A stretch of DNA of 64,000 nucleotides, from the NCBI GenBank assembly GCA_028279825.1, contig JANQNA010000006.1, positions 2,771 to 66,770 on the forward strand, written 5' to 3'. The notes under the pieces are model-generated. The model ran no database searches. It worked only from the letters and a program-made list of their open reading frames with translations, and had not been told where the DNA came from. How positions within the stretch are numbered: position 1 is the stretch's first letter; each line of letters begins with the position of its first letter. Both the position numbers and the translations under genes were made by a program. Origin of the DNA: an archaeon. Its GTDB lineage: Archaea > Aenigmatarchaeota > Aenigmatarchaeia > GW2011-AR5. Positions 37,028 through 46,561 of this stretch are shown one piece after another.

Positions 37028-38832
37028 TATATAATCTCAAAAGAAACAGTGTCGTTGTTATATGCCTGATATATCTAGTTTTTGTTCTAGCTATTCCTGT
37101 ACTTGCTGAGTCCAATATTAATATAACAGGATCTATGTATGTTGCCAATGACCTGAATGTTACGGGAAATATATACGGGAGTATATTTGGCGATGGATTC
37201 GTTTTTGGGAATTATACTGTTTCACAGGATCTTACCGTAGGTACGGACATATTTGTTGTTGATACATCGAATGGACGTGTTGGTATCAATCTTACAAGTC
37301 CCGGTGAGGCGTTACAAATAAACGGAAGCATCAATGTGACAGGAGACGTTTGTATAGATGATGGAGCATGCTTGAGCAATGTAACCGGCACCAGCGGGGG
37401 ATGGTTTGATGCAGGTTCAGTGATCGAGTTATCTACTGATACTGATGACCTGAACGCTACGACACTTCTGGTCAATAATACCCTTGGTATGGTCGGAATA
37501 AACACCGTTCCTAACAATACTTTACATGTGAAGGGAGATATACTGCAGACAGTCAATACGCCTTATATCGTTGGTAGTGTTACCGATTCAAATTTTCTGG
37601 ACGGTGCTTCCGGCGTTTATGTTCAGAGTAAATATGCTTATGTTGCAGCTTCTTTGGATGATCGCCTGACCATTGTTGATATTGGTACTCCTTCAAATCC
37701 CAATATTGTCGGCAGTGTTTATGATGTTGCACTGAATTCTGCCAGGGGTGTGCATGTTGTTGGTAAATATGCATACGTCGTATCACAATATAACGATTCA
37801 CTGGTCATCATAGATGTTTCGAACGCTTCAAATCCCGTGATTGTTGGTACTGTTGCAGATAACAGCTTTCTCAACTTCTCAAGCGATGTTTATGTTTCTG
37901 GCAGGTATGCATACGTGGCGGCTACTACAAATAATACTATAGTAGTAATTGATGTTGGAAACCCTTCGGATCCATTTATTACAGGAACAATTGAGGACTC
38001 TTCAAATCTCAACTATCCAAGAAGAGTTTATACACAGGGAAGATATGCTTACGTTGCAAGTCAGCTTAGTGACAGCATGACAATAATTGATGTCAGTGAT
38101 GTGACAAATCCTGTGATCGTTGGTAATGTTACTGATACAGGGCTTGACTATGCCAGTGATGTTTATGTTTCAGGAGGCTATGCCTACGTTACGTCTTATA
38201 ATAACGACAGTCTTAACGTAATCAATGTTACTGATCCATCAAATCCCAATATTGTCGGTAATGTAAGTGATGTAAGACTTGATGGTGCCTGGTCTGTGAA
38301 AGTTATGGGAAAGTATGCATACGTTGTATCTTATGATAATGATTCACTGACGGTCATAGATGTAAGCGACTCAAGTGATCCCGTTATTGTTGCAAGTATA
38401 ACAGATATAAAATTAGAATCCGGTTACGGCATTGACGTTAGCGGCAAATACGCATATGTTGCGACGGATGCGAATGATAGTTTAACAGTTCTGGAAATTC
38501 CAGGTATTGATGCACCCACAGCTTCTATCGGATCTGTTGAGTCAAATCGATTACATGTGACAGAAAACATAGTTATTGGCAATGATGCTTATGCCGGCGG
38601 TGTGGCAGTTGGCGGCGGCACTATGGTAGACGGTGCGGCAAGCCTTGATAACCGCACGATAACAGTTACCGAAACGGGAAAGGTTGGTATAAATAACACA
38701 AACCCTGCACAGAGCCTTGACATTGTTGGAAACCTCAATGTTTCTGGTAACGGTTCAGATCCTTACATTTATTTTGCTTATGGAGGTTACATCCATGACA
38801 ATGGCACTCACATTGTCATAGGACACTGGTGA
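37024..38832 (+). CDS. LVIVD-repeat beta-propeller surface protein (paralog A, 602 aa)
   Basis: N-terminal anchor/signal (VVVICLIYLVFVLAIPVLA). A stalk module with GRVGINLTSPGEALQINGSINVTGDVCIDDGACLS. About 10 repeats of about 43 aa with the LxIxDxSxPxxPxIVG signature (LTIVDIGTPSNPNIVG, LVIIDVSNASNPVIVG...). Conserved C-terminus ...YIYFAYGGYIHDNGTHIVIGHW. Confidence 0.8.
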   Translation: MIYNLKRNSVVVICLIYLVFVLAIPVLAESNINITGSMYVANDLNVTGNIYGSIFGDGFVFGNYTVSQDLTVGTDIFVVDTSNGRVGINLTSPGEALQINGSINVTGDVCIDDGACLSNVTGTSGGWFDAGSVIELSTDTDDLNATTLLVNNTLGMVGINTVPNNTLHVKGDILQTVNTPYIVGSVTDSNFLDGASGVYVQSKYAYVAASLDDRLTIVDIGTPSNPNIVGSVYDVALNSARGVHVVGKYAYVVSQYNDSLVIIDVSNASNPVIVGTVADNSFLNFSSDVYVSGRYAYVAATTNNTIVVIDVGNPSDPFITGTIEDSSNLNYPRRVYTQGRYAYVASQLSDSMTIIDVSDVTNPVIVGNVTDTGLDYASDVYVSGGYAYVTSYNNDSLNVINVTDPSNPNIVGNVSDVRLDGAWSVKVMGKYAYVVSYDNDSLTVIDVSDSSDPVIVASITDIKLESGYGIDVSGKYAYVATDANDSLTVLEIPGIDAPTASIGSVESNRLHVTENIVIGNDAYAGGVAVGGGTMVDGAASLDNRTITVTETGKVGINNTNPAQSLDIVGNLNVSGNGSDPYIYFAYGGYIHDNGTHIVIGHW

Positions 38833-38836
38833 TAGT

Positions 38837-41800
38837 ATGAAATATATTATTCCGATTGTTATGATGACAATCTTAGTTACTGTTAGTCCTGTTTTTGCTG
38901 CTGAGGGTGATGAAGATACAACAAACTGGAACTTATCATACTCCAATGGTACAGCTGATGAGGTCAGAGCCATTGTTATTGATAGTAATAACAACGTCTA
39001 TATTGCGGGCCATTTGGGACAGGGGGCTGCAACACTTAATTGGACTATCAAAAAATTTAATTCTTCTGGTGCGGAGGATGCAGAAAACTGGAGTATAAGT
39101 TTTGGATATCCTTCGAGTAATAGACTTGAAGACGCAACGATAGACAATGATGGCAATTTGTATTTTGTTGGATCTTTTATAATCACCGGTGACCGGGATG
39201 CTATAATAAAAAAATACTATCCTAACGGTACAGAAATAGTGACAGGATGGAACAAGACTTTCATTGGTAGTGATTCTGCTGATGATGAAATGCAGGCTGT
39301 GGCCATCGACAGTAATAACAATGTTTATGTGGGTGGTTTTGGAAATGATCTGGTTAGTGGTAGCAGTGGTTATGACTGGTGGATCAAGAAGTTTTCTTCT
39401 GACGGTACGGAGGATACAAGCAATTGGAACAAGACATATGATAGAGGTGCCGTTGATGTTGTCAGCAAAATAGCTATAGACAGCGAAGACAATGTATTCG
39501 TTGTTGGTTATGGGGAAGACTTAGCAGGTGCCAGTACTAATCAGGACTGGTGGATCAAGAAGTTTTCTTCTGACGGTACGGAAAATATGTCTTGGAATAA
39601 GAATTTTACCGGTAATGATGCTACTGCCAATAATGATGCTTCTTATGATGTTGCAATTGATTGTGAGGATAGTGTATATGTTGTTGGCGTTGGAGACGAT
39701 CTAATTAGTGCAAGTTCCAACATGGATGCATGGGTCAAGAAATTCTTTAAGAACGGCACGGAGGACTATACCTGGAACAAAACATTTGAATACGAAGCCG
39801 ATGAGGATACTGCTTTTAGTGTAGCTGTTGACTTATCGGGTGATGTTTACGTTGGTACATATGCAGACAATGTGGTTGACGCTACCTCTAACACAGACTG
39901 GTGGATCAAGAAATATTCTTCAGACGGCATAGAGGATGCTGATAACTGGAATTTGACATTTACTACCGGTGCTGGAACTCGGACATCTTATCTCTATGCA
40001 ATTGAATCTGATAACAGTAACAGTGTTTATGCTGGTGGTTATGGTGTTGGTGCAACAGGAACTACTAACCCTGACTGGTGGATCAAGAAGTTTGAGGGAG
40101 GTCCTATAGATCCGTTGTGTGTATATGGTCGTTCCAACATAAACATTACTGGATCTTCAACTTTTGGTGTTGACGTAAATGTTACTGGTAGAATCTATGA
40201 ACCTAAATTCGGTAACAGTTATGTTCCTGGAAATTTTGATATTACACAAAATCTTTCTGTAGGTTCCAATACTTTATTTGTTGACGTTCTGAACGGAAGG
40301 GTCGGGATAGGGATAACACCTACGGTGACTCTCTACGTGGACGGAGACATTAACGTTACTGCAGATGTTTGTATTGATGGGAGCAGCTGTTTAGGCACCG
40401 GTATTATTGGAGAAGGTATATGGTACGACAACGGTGCGGAAGTCAAATTAAATACAAGCACTGATGATTTAAACGCCACGACACTTTTCGTGAATAACAC
40501 TCTGGAAATGGTTGGAATAAACACTGTTCCCAACAAAACTTTGCATGTAAAAGGGTATATATTGCAAACGGTTACAACTAATGCAAGTATTGTAGGCAGG
40601 ATAGAGAGCTCAAACCTGGACCAAATCTATAATGTTTATGTTCAAGACAGATATGCATATACTGTTACAAATGTCGGCAGGGTTGGTATTATTGACATTA
40701 CAGATAAAACCAACCCTAGTTTTGTCGGTACGTTGTATGATGTAAACAAACTAAATGGCGGCAAATCAATCCAGGTAGTTGGAAAGTATGCCTATGTAGC
40801 TTCATCGACTGCAGATACATTGACCATAATAGATGTTTCTAATGCGTCAAAGCCTGTTGTTGTTGGAAATGTAACGGACGAGATAATTCTGAACGGTTCA
40901 TTTGGGTTATACGTAAGCGGCAAATACGCCTACATTGCCGCTCTGTATGGACAATTCGTGATAGTTGATATTTCAGATCCTGCAACCCCCACGATTGTTA
41001 GCAATATTTCAAAGACTGATGCCATAGGTGTTTATGTACAGGGAAAATACGCCTATCTTGGAACCAGGGGTACTAGTACATTTTCAGCTATAGACGTTTC
41101 AGATCCTTTAAATCCCCGGATTGTTGGTGAAGTATCTGATGCAGCTTATCTTAACGGTAGTACGGGTATCTATGTAAGCGGCAAATACGCCTACGTTGCG
41201 TCTTATTACAAACCTGCAAGTACTGATTATCTGACAATTCTTAATGTCAGCAACCCCAGCAATCCTCATATTGTAGGTACTTATACACAAACTGGTATGG
41301 ATGGAGCTTTTGATGTTCAAGTTGCAGGCAAATACGCTTACCTTACAGCCTGGTACAATGACAGATTTTTTGTGTTTGATATCTCGGATCCGGAAAACCC
41401 TATAAAAGTATCAGAACTTCATGATTCCAATTTTCTGGACGGATCTAAGGCTTTGCATGTTGCAGGCAAATACGCCTACGTTGTAGCTTACGGCAATGAC
41501 AGTCTTGCGATTATTGATCTTGATGGAATAGATGCACCCACAGCTTCTATCGGGTCCGTTGAAGCAAATCAATTACATGTTACGGATAATATGCAGGTTA
41601 CCAATGATTTTTATGTTGGAAGCGGTCTAAATGTCGGTGGAAGTATAATTTCTGACGGACCTGCTGCTTTCACGAATGGCACAATATTCACAATAAATGG
41701 GACTGTAGGCATCAACAACACAAAACCAACTCAGGCTCTTGACGTTGCGGGAAACATAAATGTTAGCGGTAATGGCAGTTATCCATACATCTACTTTGGC

Positions 41801-41854
41801 AAAGGCGGATACATCTATGACAATGGTACACACACCATTGTGGGACATGATTGA
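38837..41854 (+). CDS. SBBP beta-propeller plus LVIVD beta-propeller surface protein (paralog B, 1005 aa)
   Basis: Signal MKYIIPIVMMTILVTVSPVFA. The N-terminal half has about 7 repeats with NNVYVxGxxxxxxxDWWIKKFSSDGTEDxxNWNKT (SBBP / PF06739-like). The middle carries the shared stalk module (ADVCIDGSSCLG). The C-terminal half is LVIVD repeats. It ends ...YIYFGKGGYIYDNGTHTIVGHD. Confidence 0.8.
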   Translation: MKYIIPIVMMTILVTVSPVFAAEGDEDTTNWNLSYSNGTADEVRAIVIDSNNNVYIAGHLGQGAATLNWTIKKFNSSGAEDAENWSISFGYPSSNRLEDATIDNDGNLYFVGSFIITGDRDAIIKKYYPNGTEIVTGWNKTFIGSDSADDEMQAVAIDSNNNVYVGGFGNDLVSGSSGYDWWIKKFSSDGTEDTSNWNKTYDRGAVDVVSKIAIDSEDNVFVVGYGEDLAGASTNQDWWIKKFSSDGTENMSWNKNFTGNDATANNDASYDVAIDCEDSVYVVGVGDDLISASSNMDAWVKKFFKNGTEDYTWNKTFEYEADEDTAFSVAVDLSGDVYVGTYADNVVDATSNTDWWIKKYSSDGIEDADNWNLTFTTGAGTRTSYLYAIESDNSNSVYAGGYGVGATGTTNPDWWIKKFEGGPIDPLCVYGRSNINITGSSTFGVDVNVTGRIYEPKFGNSYVPGNFDITQNLSVGSNTLFVDVLNGRVGIGITPTVTLYVDGDINVTADVCIDGSSCLGTGIIGEGIWYDNGAEVKLNTSTDDLNATTLFVNNTLEMVGINTVPNKTLHVKGYILQTVTTNASIVGRIESSNLDQIYNVYVQDRYAYTVTNVGRVGIIDITDKTNPSFVGTLYDVNKLNGGKSIQVVGKYAYVASSTADTLTIIDVSNASKPVVVGNVTDEIILNGSFGLYVSGKYAYIAALYGQFVIVDISDPATPTIVSNISKTDAIGVYVQGKYAYLGTRGTSTFSAIDVSDPLNPRIVGEVSDAAYLNGSTGIYVSGKYAYVASYYKPASTDYLTILNVSNPSNPHIVGTYTQTGMDGAFDVQVAGKYAYLTAWYNDRFFVFDISDPENPIKVSELHDSNFLDGSKALHVAGKYAYVVAYGNDSLAIIDLDGIDAPTASIGSVEANQLHVTDNMQVTNDFYVGSGLNVGGSIISDGPAAFTNGTIFTINGTVGINNTKPTQALDVAGNINVSGNGSYPYIYFGKGGYIYDNGTHTIVGHD

Positions 41855-41855
41855 T

Positions 41856-43646
41856 ATGAATAGTAAAATAATTTTTCTAATGGTCCTGCTTAGTGGCGTT
41901 GGCTTTGCGGTATCGGACATAAATATTACAGGCAGCTCGTTCATAGACGTAGATCTTAACGTTACCGGAAGGATTTCAGGAAAAATTGCCGCTACGGGTA
42001 TTTCAGGAAATCTGAGTATTGTAGAAAATCTCTCTGTGGGTTCTGGTACTTTATTTGTTGACGCTCTGAACGGAAGGGTCGGAATAGGAGCAATGCCTCT
42101 GACAACTTTGTACGTATCGGGTAATATCAATGTCACTAGCGGTAATGACATATGTATAGACAATTTGTATTGTCTTACTACTGCTAACATCAGTGCAGGT
42201 GGCTGGACTGATGAAGGCGCACTGGTAAGGTTAACGATGAGCACAGACGATATCAATGCCACAACATTATTTATCAACAATACTCTAAGAATGGTTGGAA
42301 TAAATACTGTTCCCAATGCTACGCTGCATGTAAGCGGTACTCTTTTACAAGACCCTAATAAAACAATGTCTGTTGTTGGAAGCGTTACGGACGGACCAAA
42401 AATGGAAAACGCCAGATCTCTTTATGTTCAGGGCAAATATGCATACGTGACGTCACAAACAAACGACAGTTTGACTATCATAGATATATCCGACCCAACA
42501 AATCCCGTAATTGTTGCCTACCATACAAATAGTACAGGGCTTGAACAGGCTGCTGATATTTTTGTCAAGGGCAAGTATGCTTACATTGCCGGTCTTGCAC
42601 GTGATGCTCTGAGTATAATAGACGTATCCAATGTTACAAACCCAAAAAAAGTGAGTGAGGTCAGAGATACTTCCAGGCTGGACGGAATTGCTTATCCTTA
42701 CATTTCTGGCAAATACGCCTACGTTGCCAGCTACTTGAATGACAGCTTATCCGTTATAGATATATCCGATCCGACTTCAGCATCTATAGTAGGGTACGTT
42801 ACAAATAGCACAGTTCTGGAGGGTGCTGTGGCTGTTAAGGTTCAAGGCAGCTATGCTTACGTAGCTTCTCAAAACAATGATTCTTTAACGATAATAGATG
42901 TGTCAAATCCGGCCGAACCTTTCATTGTCGGCAGTGTGACGGATCTAAGACTTGAGGTTGCATGGGATGTTTATGTATCAGGCGGATATGCTTATGTACC
43001 CGGCAGATATAACGATAGTCTGTGCATTATAAATGTGACGGATGTATCAAAACCTTCTATAATAGGTTTTATTGTTGACAGTTCTAATATCGAGGGAGCA
43101 ATTGGCGTTACCGTACAAGGCAATTATGCTTACTTGGCATCTATTGTTTCTGGCAGCCTTTCTGTTATTGACATCTCAGACAAGACAACACCAAGAATCA
43201 TATCCACTCTTTCAGAAACTGGATTGACTGGTGCTACGCGCGTCTTTGTATCTGGAAAATATGCATACGTTGTGGCAAACACTAATGACAGCTTAACTGT
43301 GGTGGACATTGTCGGTATAGATTCATCAACGGCTTCTATAGGAGCTTTGGAAAGTAGTACGGTTCATGTTATAGAGAACGCAAAAATTGGTAATGATGTT
43401 TATGTGACAGGTGGTCTAATGACTGATGGACTGAAGATTGACGGGCCTGTCAGCTTCATGAATGATACACTGATAACGACATCTGCCGGTAGAGTAGGAA
43501 TCAATAATACAAACCCAACACAGGTATTGGATGTTGGCGGTAACATTATGGTGAACGGATCAGGCGGAAACGATCCTTACATTTATTTCGGAAAGGGCGG
43601 ATACATATATGATAACGGAACAGATCTGGTGTTCGGACATGGATAA
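41856..43646 (+). CDS. LVIVD-repeat beta-propeller surface protein (paralog C). The start is reset to the ATG at 41856, immediately after the upstream stop.
   Basis: MNSKIIFLMVLLSGVGFAVS signal/anchor. Stalk module with ICIDNLYCLT. About 10 LVIVD repeats (LTIIDISDPTNPVIVA...). It ends YIYFGKGGYIYDNGTDLVFGHG. The track ORF from 41760 overlaps the previous gene and adds non-homologous residues. Confidence 0.8.
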   Translation: MNSKIIFLMVLLSGVGFAVSDINITGSSFIDVDLNVTGRISGKIAATGISGNLSIVENLSVGSGTLFVDALNGRVGIGAMPLTTLYVSGNINVTSGNDICIDNLYCLTTANISAGGWTDEGALVRLTMSTDDINATTLFINNTLRMVGINTVPNATLHVSGTLLQDPNKTMSVVGSVTDGPKMENARSLYVQGKYAYVTSQTNDSLTIIDISDPTNPVIVAYHTNSTGLEQAADIFVKGKYAYIAGLARDALSIIDVSNVTNPKKVSEVRDTSRLDGIAYPYISGKYAYVASYLNDSLSVIDISDPTSASIVGYVTNSTVLEGAVAVKVQGSYAYVASQNNDSLTIIDVSNPAEPFIVGSVTDLRLEVAWDVYVSGGYAYVPGRYNDSLCIINVTDVSKPSIIGFIVDSSNIEGAIGVTVQGNYAYLASIVSGSLSVIDISDKTTPRIISTLSETGLTGATRVFVSGKYAYVVANTNDSLTVVDIVGIDSSTASIGALESSTVHVIENAKIGNDVYVTGGLMTDGLKIDGPVSFMNDTLITTSAGRVGINNTNPTQVLDVGGNIMVNGSGGNDPYIYFGKGGYIYDNGTDLVFGHG

Positions 43647-45096
43647 TAAGAAGTTAATCGTGATTGCGACAATCGGGCTTTTGTTTATGGTTAGTGCTAT
43701 CTTTGCTGCTGAAAAGGATATATACGATGAATGGAACATGAGTTATAGTGTTGGTAGTGAAGACGGACTTTATTCTATAAGTATTGATAATGAAGGAAAC
43801 GTATACTCCGGGGGCAGGCTGGGAACAGCTGGCATTAATATTCGCTTTGAAGTAATGAAACATAATTCTTCCGGGGATTTTGAATGGAATCGTAGTTTGG
43901 TAGCTGGTACCTGGTCACAGGCCTATGATACTGCAGTTGACAGTGAAGGTAATTTGTATGCAGTTGGCAGAGAGTGGTACACCACCAATAATCTTCAAAT
44001 AAAGAAATATTATCCTAACGGAACACTTGCATGGAACATAACAGATGATACAGGTGTTAGGATAGCTTTTGGTGTTGCCGTTGACGATAACGATCACATT
44101 TTTGTTGTTGGTTTATGCACCGACTGCTTCAATAGTACCAGTGGTTATGACTGGATTATAAGAAAATATAACTCTTCAGGTGCAGAAAATTTTACACATT
44201 GGAACAAAACAATTGATGCAAAGGCTTCGGATGATATAGCGCGAGATATTGTTATTGATAGTACTGGTGATATTTACGTGGTTGGAAGAGCAAGCAATAT
44301 TGTTACTACCACTAGCGGTGAAGACTGGTGGATCAAGAAATTTCATCCAAACGGGACTGAATATACAACAGCTGAAGGCTGGAATATAACATTTGATAGC
44401 GGGAGTAATGATGATTATGCAATGCATGCTGCAATTGATTGCGAGGATAATATATATGTAACAGGAACTGATTTTAATGCTCTTAGTGGAAGCAGTAATG
44501 ATGATTGGCGAATCAAAAAATACCAGTCTGATGGTACAGAAATAACTACAGGCTGGAATAAAGTAGAAGGAGATGACACGGACGGCTATGATACACCTAG
44601 GGGGGTGGAGGTTGACCAATCGTGTGATGTATACCTTACTGGAATTTTTCAACCAGCCCAGGGATTCACTGATACCAATTGGATTATAAAGAAATACAAT
44701 TCTACAGGAGCGGATCTTAACTGGAATATCACACTTGATGGTGGTGGGGCTAATACTCCCGATGAAGGATCTGCTATAGCTGTTGATGCCAATAATGATG
44801 TTTTCTTTGGTGGTGAATATTACGAAGCTACTGGGAATACTACAAATAGTGTAGACTGGTTTATGATTAAGTATCAGGGTGGTACAAAATGTAATCTTTG
44901 GGATGTTGATACGTGGACCATTGGCAGCAACAGAACGTGTACAGGACGGAACCTTAACTTTACCAATTTGACTATAACAGAAGGCGGGTCTTTGAGCCTA
45001 TGGGGCGGGACGAATCTGTCTGTTACCAACCTGAATATATCCACAACGGGTGATGCAATCTTTATAGAAGCCGGGAGCAAATTAGTAATAGGATGA
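43639..45096 (+). CDS. SBBP-repeat beta-propeller protein with C-terminal beta-helix-like segment (paralog D). The start is reset to the ATG at 43639.
   Basis: MDNKKLIVIATIGLLFMVSAIFA signal. Repeats NLYAVGREWYTTNNLQIKKYYPNGT / DWWIKKFHPNGTE / DWRIKKYQSDGTE (SBBP-like). The C-terminal segment NLNFTNLTITEGGSLSLWGGTNLSVTNLNISTTGDAIFIEAGS resembles parallel beta-helix rungs. Confidence 0.7.
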   Translation: MDNKKLIVIATIGLLFMVSAIFAAEKDIYDEWNMSYSVGSEDGLYSISIDNEGNVYSGGRLGTAGINIRFEVMKHNSSGDFEWNRSLVAGTWSQAYDTAVDSEGNLYAVGREWYTTNNLQIKKYYPNGTLAWNITDDTGVRIAFGVAVDDNDHIFVVGLCTDCFNSTSGYDWIIRKYNSSGAENFTHWNKTIDAKASDDIARDIVIDSTGDIYVVGRASNIVTTTSGEDWWIKKFHPNGTEYTTAEGWNITFDSGSNDDYAMHAAIDCEDNIYVTGTDFNALSGSSNDDWRIKKYQSDGTEITTGWNKVEGDDTDGYDTPRGVEVDQSCDVYLTGIFQPAQGFTDTNWIIKKYNSTGADLNWNITLDGGGANTPDEGSAIAVDANNDVFFGGEYYEATGNTTNSVDWFMIKYQGGTKCNLWDVDTWTIGSNRTCTGRNLNFTNLTITEGGSLSLWGGTNLSVTNLNISTTGDAIFIEAGSKLVIG

Positions 45097-45100
45097 TAAG

Positions 45101-45370
45101 ATGATTGAACTTATATGGATACTGACCGGTGGATTCTTCGGGGGACTTGTAAGAGGAACCGTTGGAATTCTCAAATCAATAAGAGCAGGACGCAAGATCA
45201 GAAAAAGATATTTGTTTTCTACGCTGGCTGCTTCGGCCCTGATAGGTATGATTGCCGGGCTTTTCGTTCATGATGATATAAAATTCTCAATACTGGCCGG
45301 TTATGTGGGAACGGACTTTATTGAGAGTCTCTATAAAGCAAGGTTTCAGGAATACAAGAAAAGAAAATAG
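45101..45370 (+). CDS. Small two-TM membrane protein with a highly basic C-terminus (holin-like topology; function unknown)
   Basis: 89 aa. Two hydrophobic helices (LIWILTGGFFGGLV and TLAASALIGMIAGLFV) and a C-terminal KARFQEYKKRK. It starts 4 nt after the upstream stop. Confidence 0.35.
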   Translation: MIELIWILTGGFFGGLVRGTVGILKSIRAGRKIRKRYLFSTLAASALIGMIAGLFVHDDIKFSILAGYVGTDFIESLYKARFQEYKKRK

Positions 45371-45397
45371 TTAGAAGCCTCCTGTAATAGGTTTAAA

Positions 45398-46012
45398 TTG
45401 TTTTCTGATAATTTATTGGTAATGAAAATGGACAAGGTATATCTTGGAATTATCGTGGTTCTTGTTTTGATTGTCGCTTACGTTGGCACACAGTCGGGAC
45501 AGTATGGTCTGGATGTTGCTGAAAAGGCTTCTGCTTCCGCTATTGTTGAGGAGCTCTATGAGCTACAATATGAAAGTGATGCGGAAATTCTTTCTGTGAG
45601 TGATCAGAATGGTTTGTATAAGGTTATTGTTCGTTTCACTGACTTTGCAGGGCAATCAGCTACACAGGATGTTTTTGTGACCAAAGATGGGGAGCTGCTT
45701 ACAGACAGGTTGATAATAACAGAGAATTACAAGAATGCTTTGGCAAACCAGAAGTCTTTTGCGGAATGCCTGGCAGATACAGGGCTTAGAATACTTGGAA
45801 AAACGGATGATACGGCTACCCTGCAGCAATTGGATGTGTTGGGCACTTATGCTTACAAAGTGTTTGTCTCCTGTGACGGACCAAGCGAACAGGCATGTAT
45901 AGATCTTGGCGTGCAGAGATATCCAACTACTGTTTATAACAACACAGGCTTTGACAACCTGTACAATCCTCAGTTCTTTGCTGAACTGACCGGCTGCGAG
46001 CTTCCTCAGTAG
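45398..46012 (+). CDS. Membrane-anchored extracytoplasmic protein, possibly thioredoxin-fold (DsbA-like) but with no CxxC motif
   Basis: N-terminal TM (VYLGIIVVLVLIVAYV). The C-terminal GVQRYPTTVYNNTG resembles the cis-Pro loop (GxxGTPTxxxNG) of thioredoxin-fold proteins. Only single Cys residues are found where the CxxC would sit. Confidence 0.25.
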   Translation: MFSDNLLVMKMDKVYLGIIVVLVLIVAYVGTQSGQYGLDVAEKASASAIVEELYELQYESDAEILSVSDQNGLYKVIVRFTDFAGQSATQDVFVTKDGELLTDRLIITENYKNALANQKSFAECLADTGLRILGKTDDTATLQQLDVLGTYAYKVFVSCDGPSEQACIDLGVQRYPTTVYNNTGFDNLYNPQFFAELTGCELPQ

Positions 46013-46054
46013 CTGCGTTAACTATAAATAACACTCGTAAACGTATTCTTACAT

Positions 46055-46561
46055 ATGTTAACTAGCAACGAGAATAGTGTACTCGCTGTATTCTTCCATG
46101 ATCCGGAAGGACGCTACTATATTAGAGAGCTGGCACGGATGACTGGGTTGTCAGCGCCGGGTATACTGAAAATCGTTGACAGACTGAGGAGACAAAGTCT
46201 CCTCAGAACAGAGAAAAAACTGGCAGTTACGAATGTTTGTGCCGGTGAAGAAAGGTTCTTCCAGGCGAAGAGGCTTTACAATATTGATTCTTTGTACGAT
46301 TGTGGTTTGGTTGATTTCCTTCGGAAAGATGATCCTGAGGCAATAGTTGTATTTGGTTCTTACTCAAACGGATTTGACAAAAAAGATGATACAATAGAGA
46401 TAGCTGTGATAACTGAAGAAACTCATAAATTCAAACTGGAAAAATTTGAAGCTAAACTAAAGAGGAAAATATCTGTAAAGCAGATCAACTCACCGTCATC
46501 TATGGGTGAACTGGAGAAGCTCGCTAATGGCGTTGTTCTTTACGGGAGCCTGAGCTTATGA
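46055..46561 (+). CDS. Winged-HTH plus minimal nucleotidyltransferase (Pol-beta superfamily) domain protein
   Basis: N-terminal wHTH (YIRELARMTGLSAPGILKIVDRLRRQSLL). NTase core IVVFGSYSNGFDKKDDTIEIAVI (GS...D.D motif). Its stop overlaps the start of the LamG gene (ATGA). Confidence 0.55.
   Translation: MLTSNENSVLAVFFHDPEGRYYIRELARMTGLSAPGILKIVDRLRRQSLLRTEKKLAVTNVCAGEERFFQAKRLYNIDSLYDCGLVDFLRKDDPEAIVVFGSYSNGFDKKDDTIEIAVITEETHKFKLEKFEAKLKRKISVKQINSPSSMGELEKLANGVVLYGSLSL

Noticed and set aside
41760-41855. N-terminal extension of the 628-aa ORF that overlaps the upstream gene
   Set aside because: An ATG at 41856 directly follows the upstream stop and begins a typical signal peptide. The extension has no counterpart in the paralogs.
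26183-45370. Prophage or tailocin interpretation (fibre-like giant protein, beta-helix segment, holin-like gene)
   Set aside because: No capsid, portal, terminase, baseplate, integrase or att-like features were seen. All the large proteins carry secretion or pilin-type N-termini and are embedded among pilin and pilus-assembly genes.
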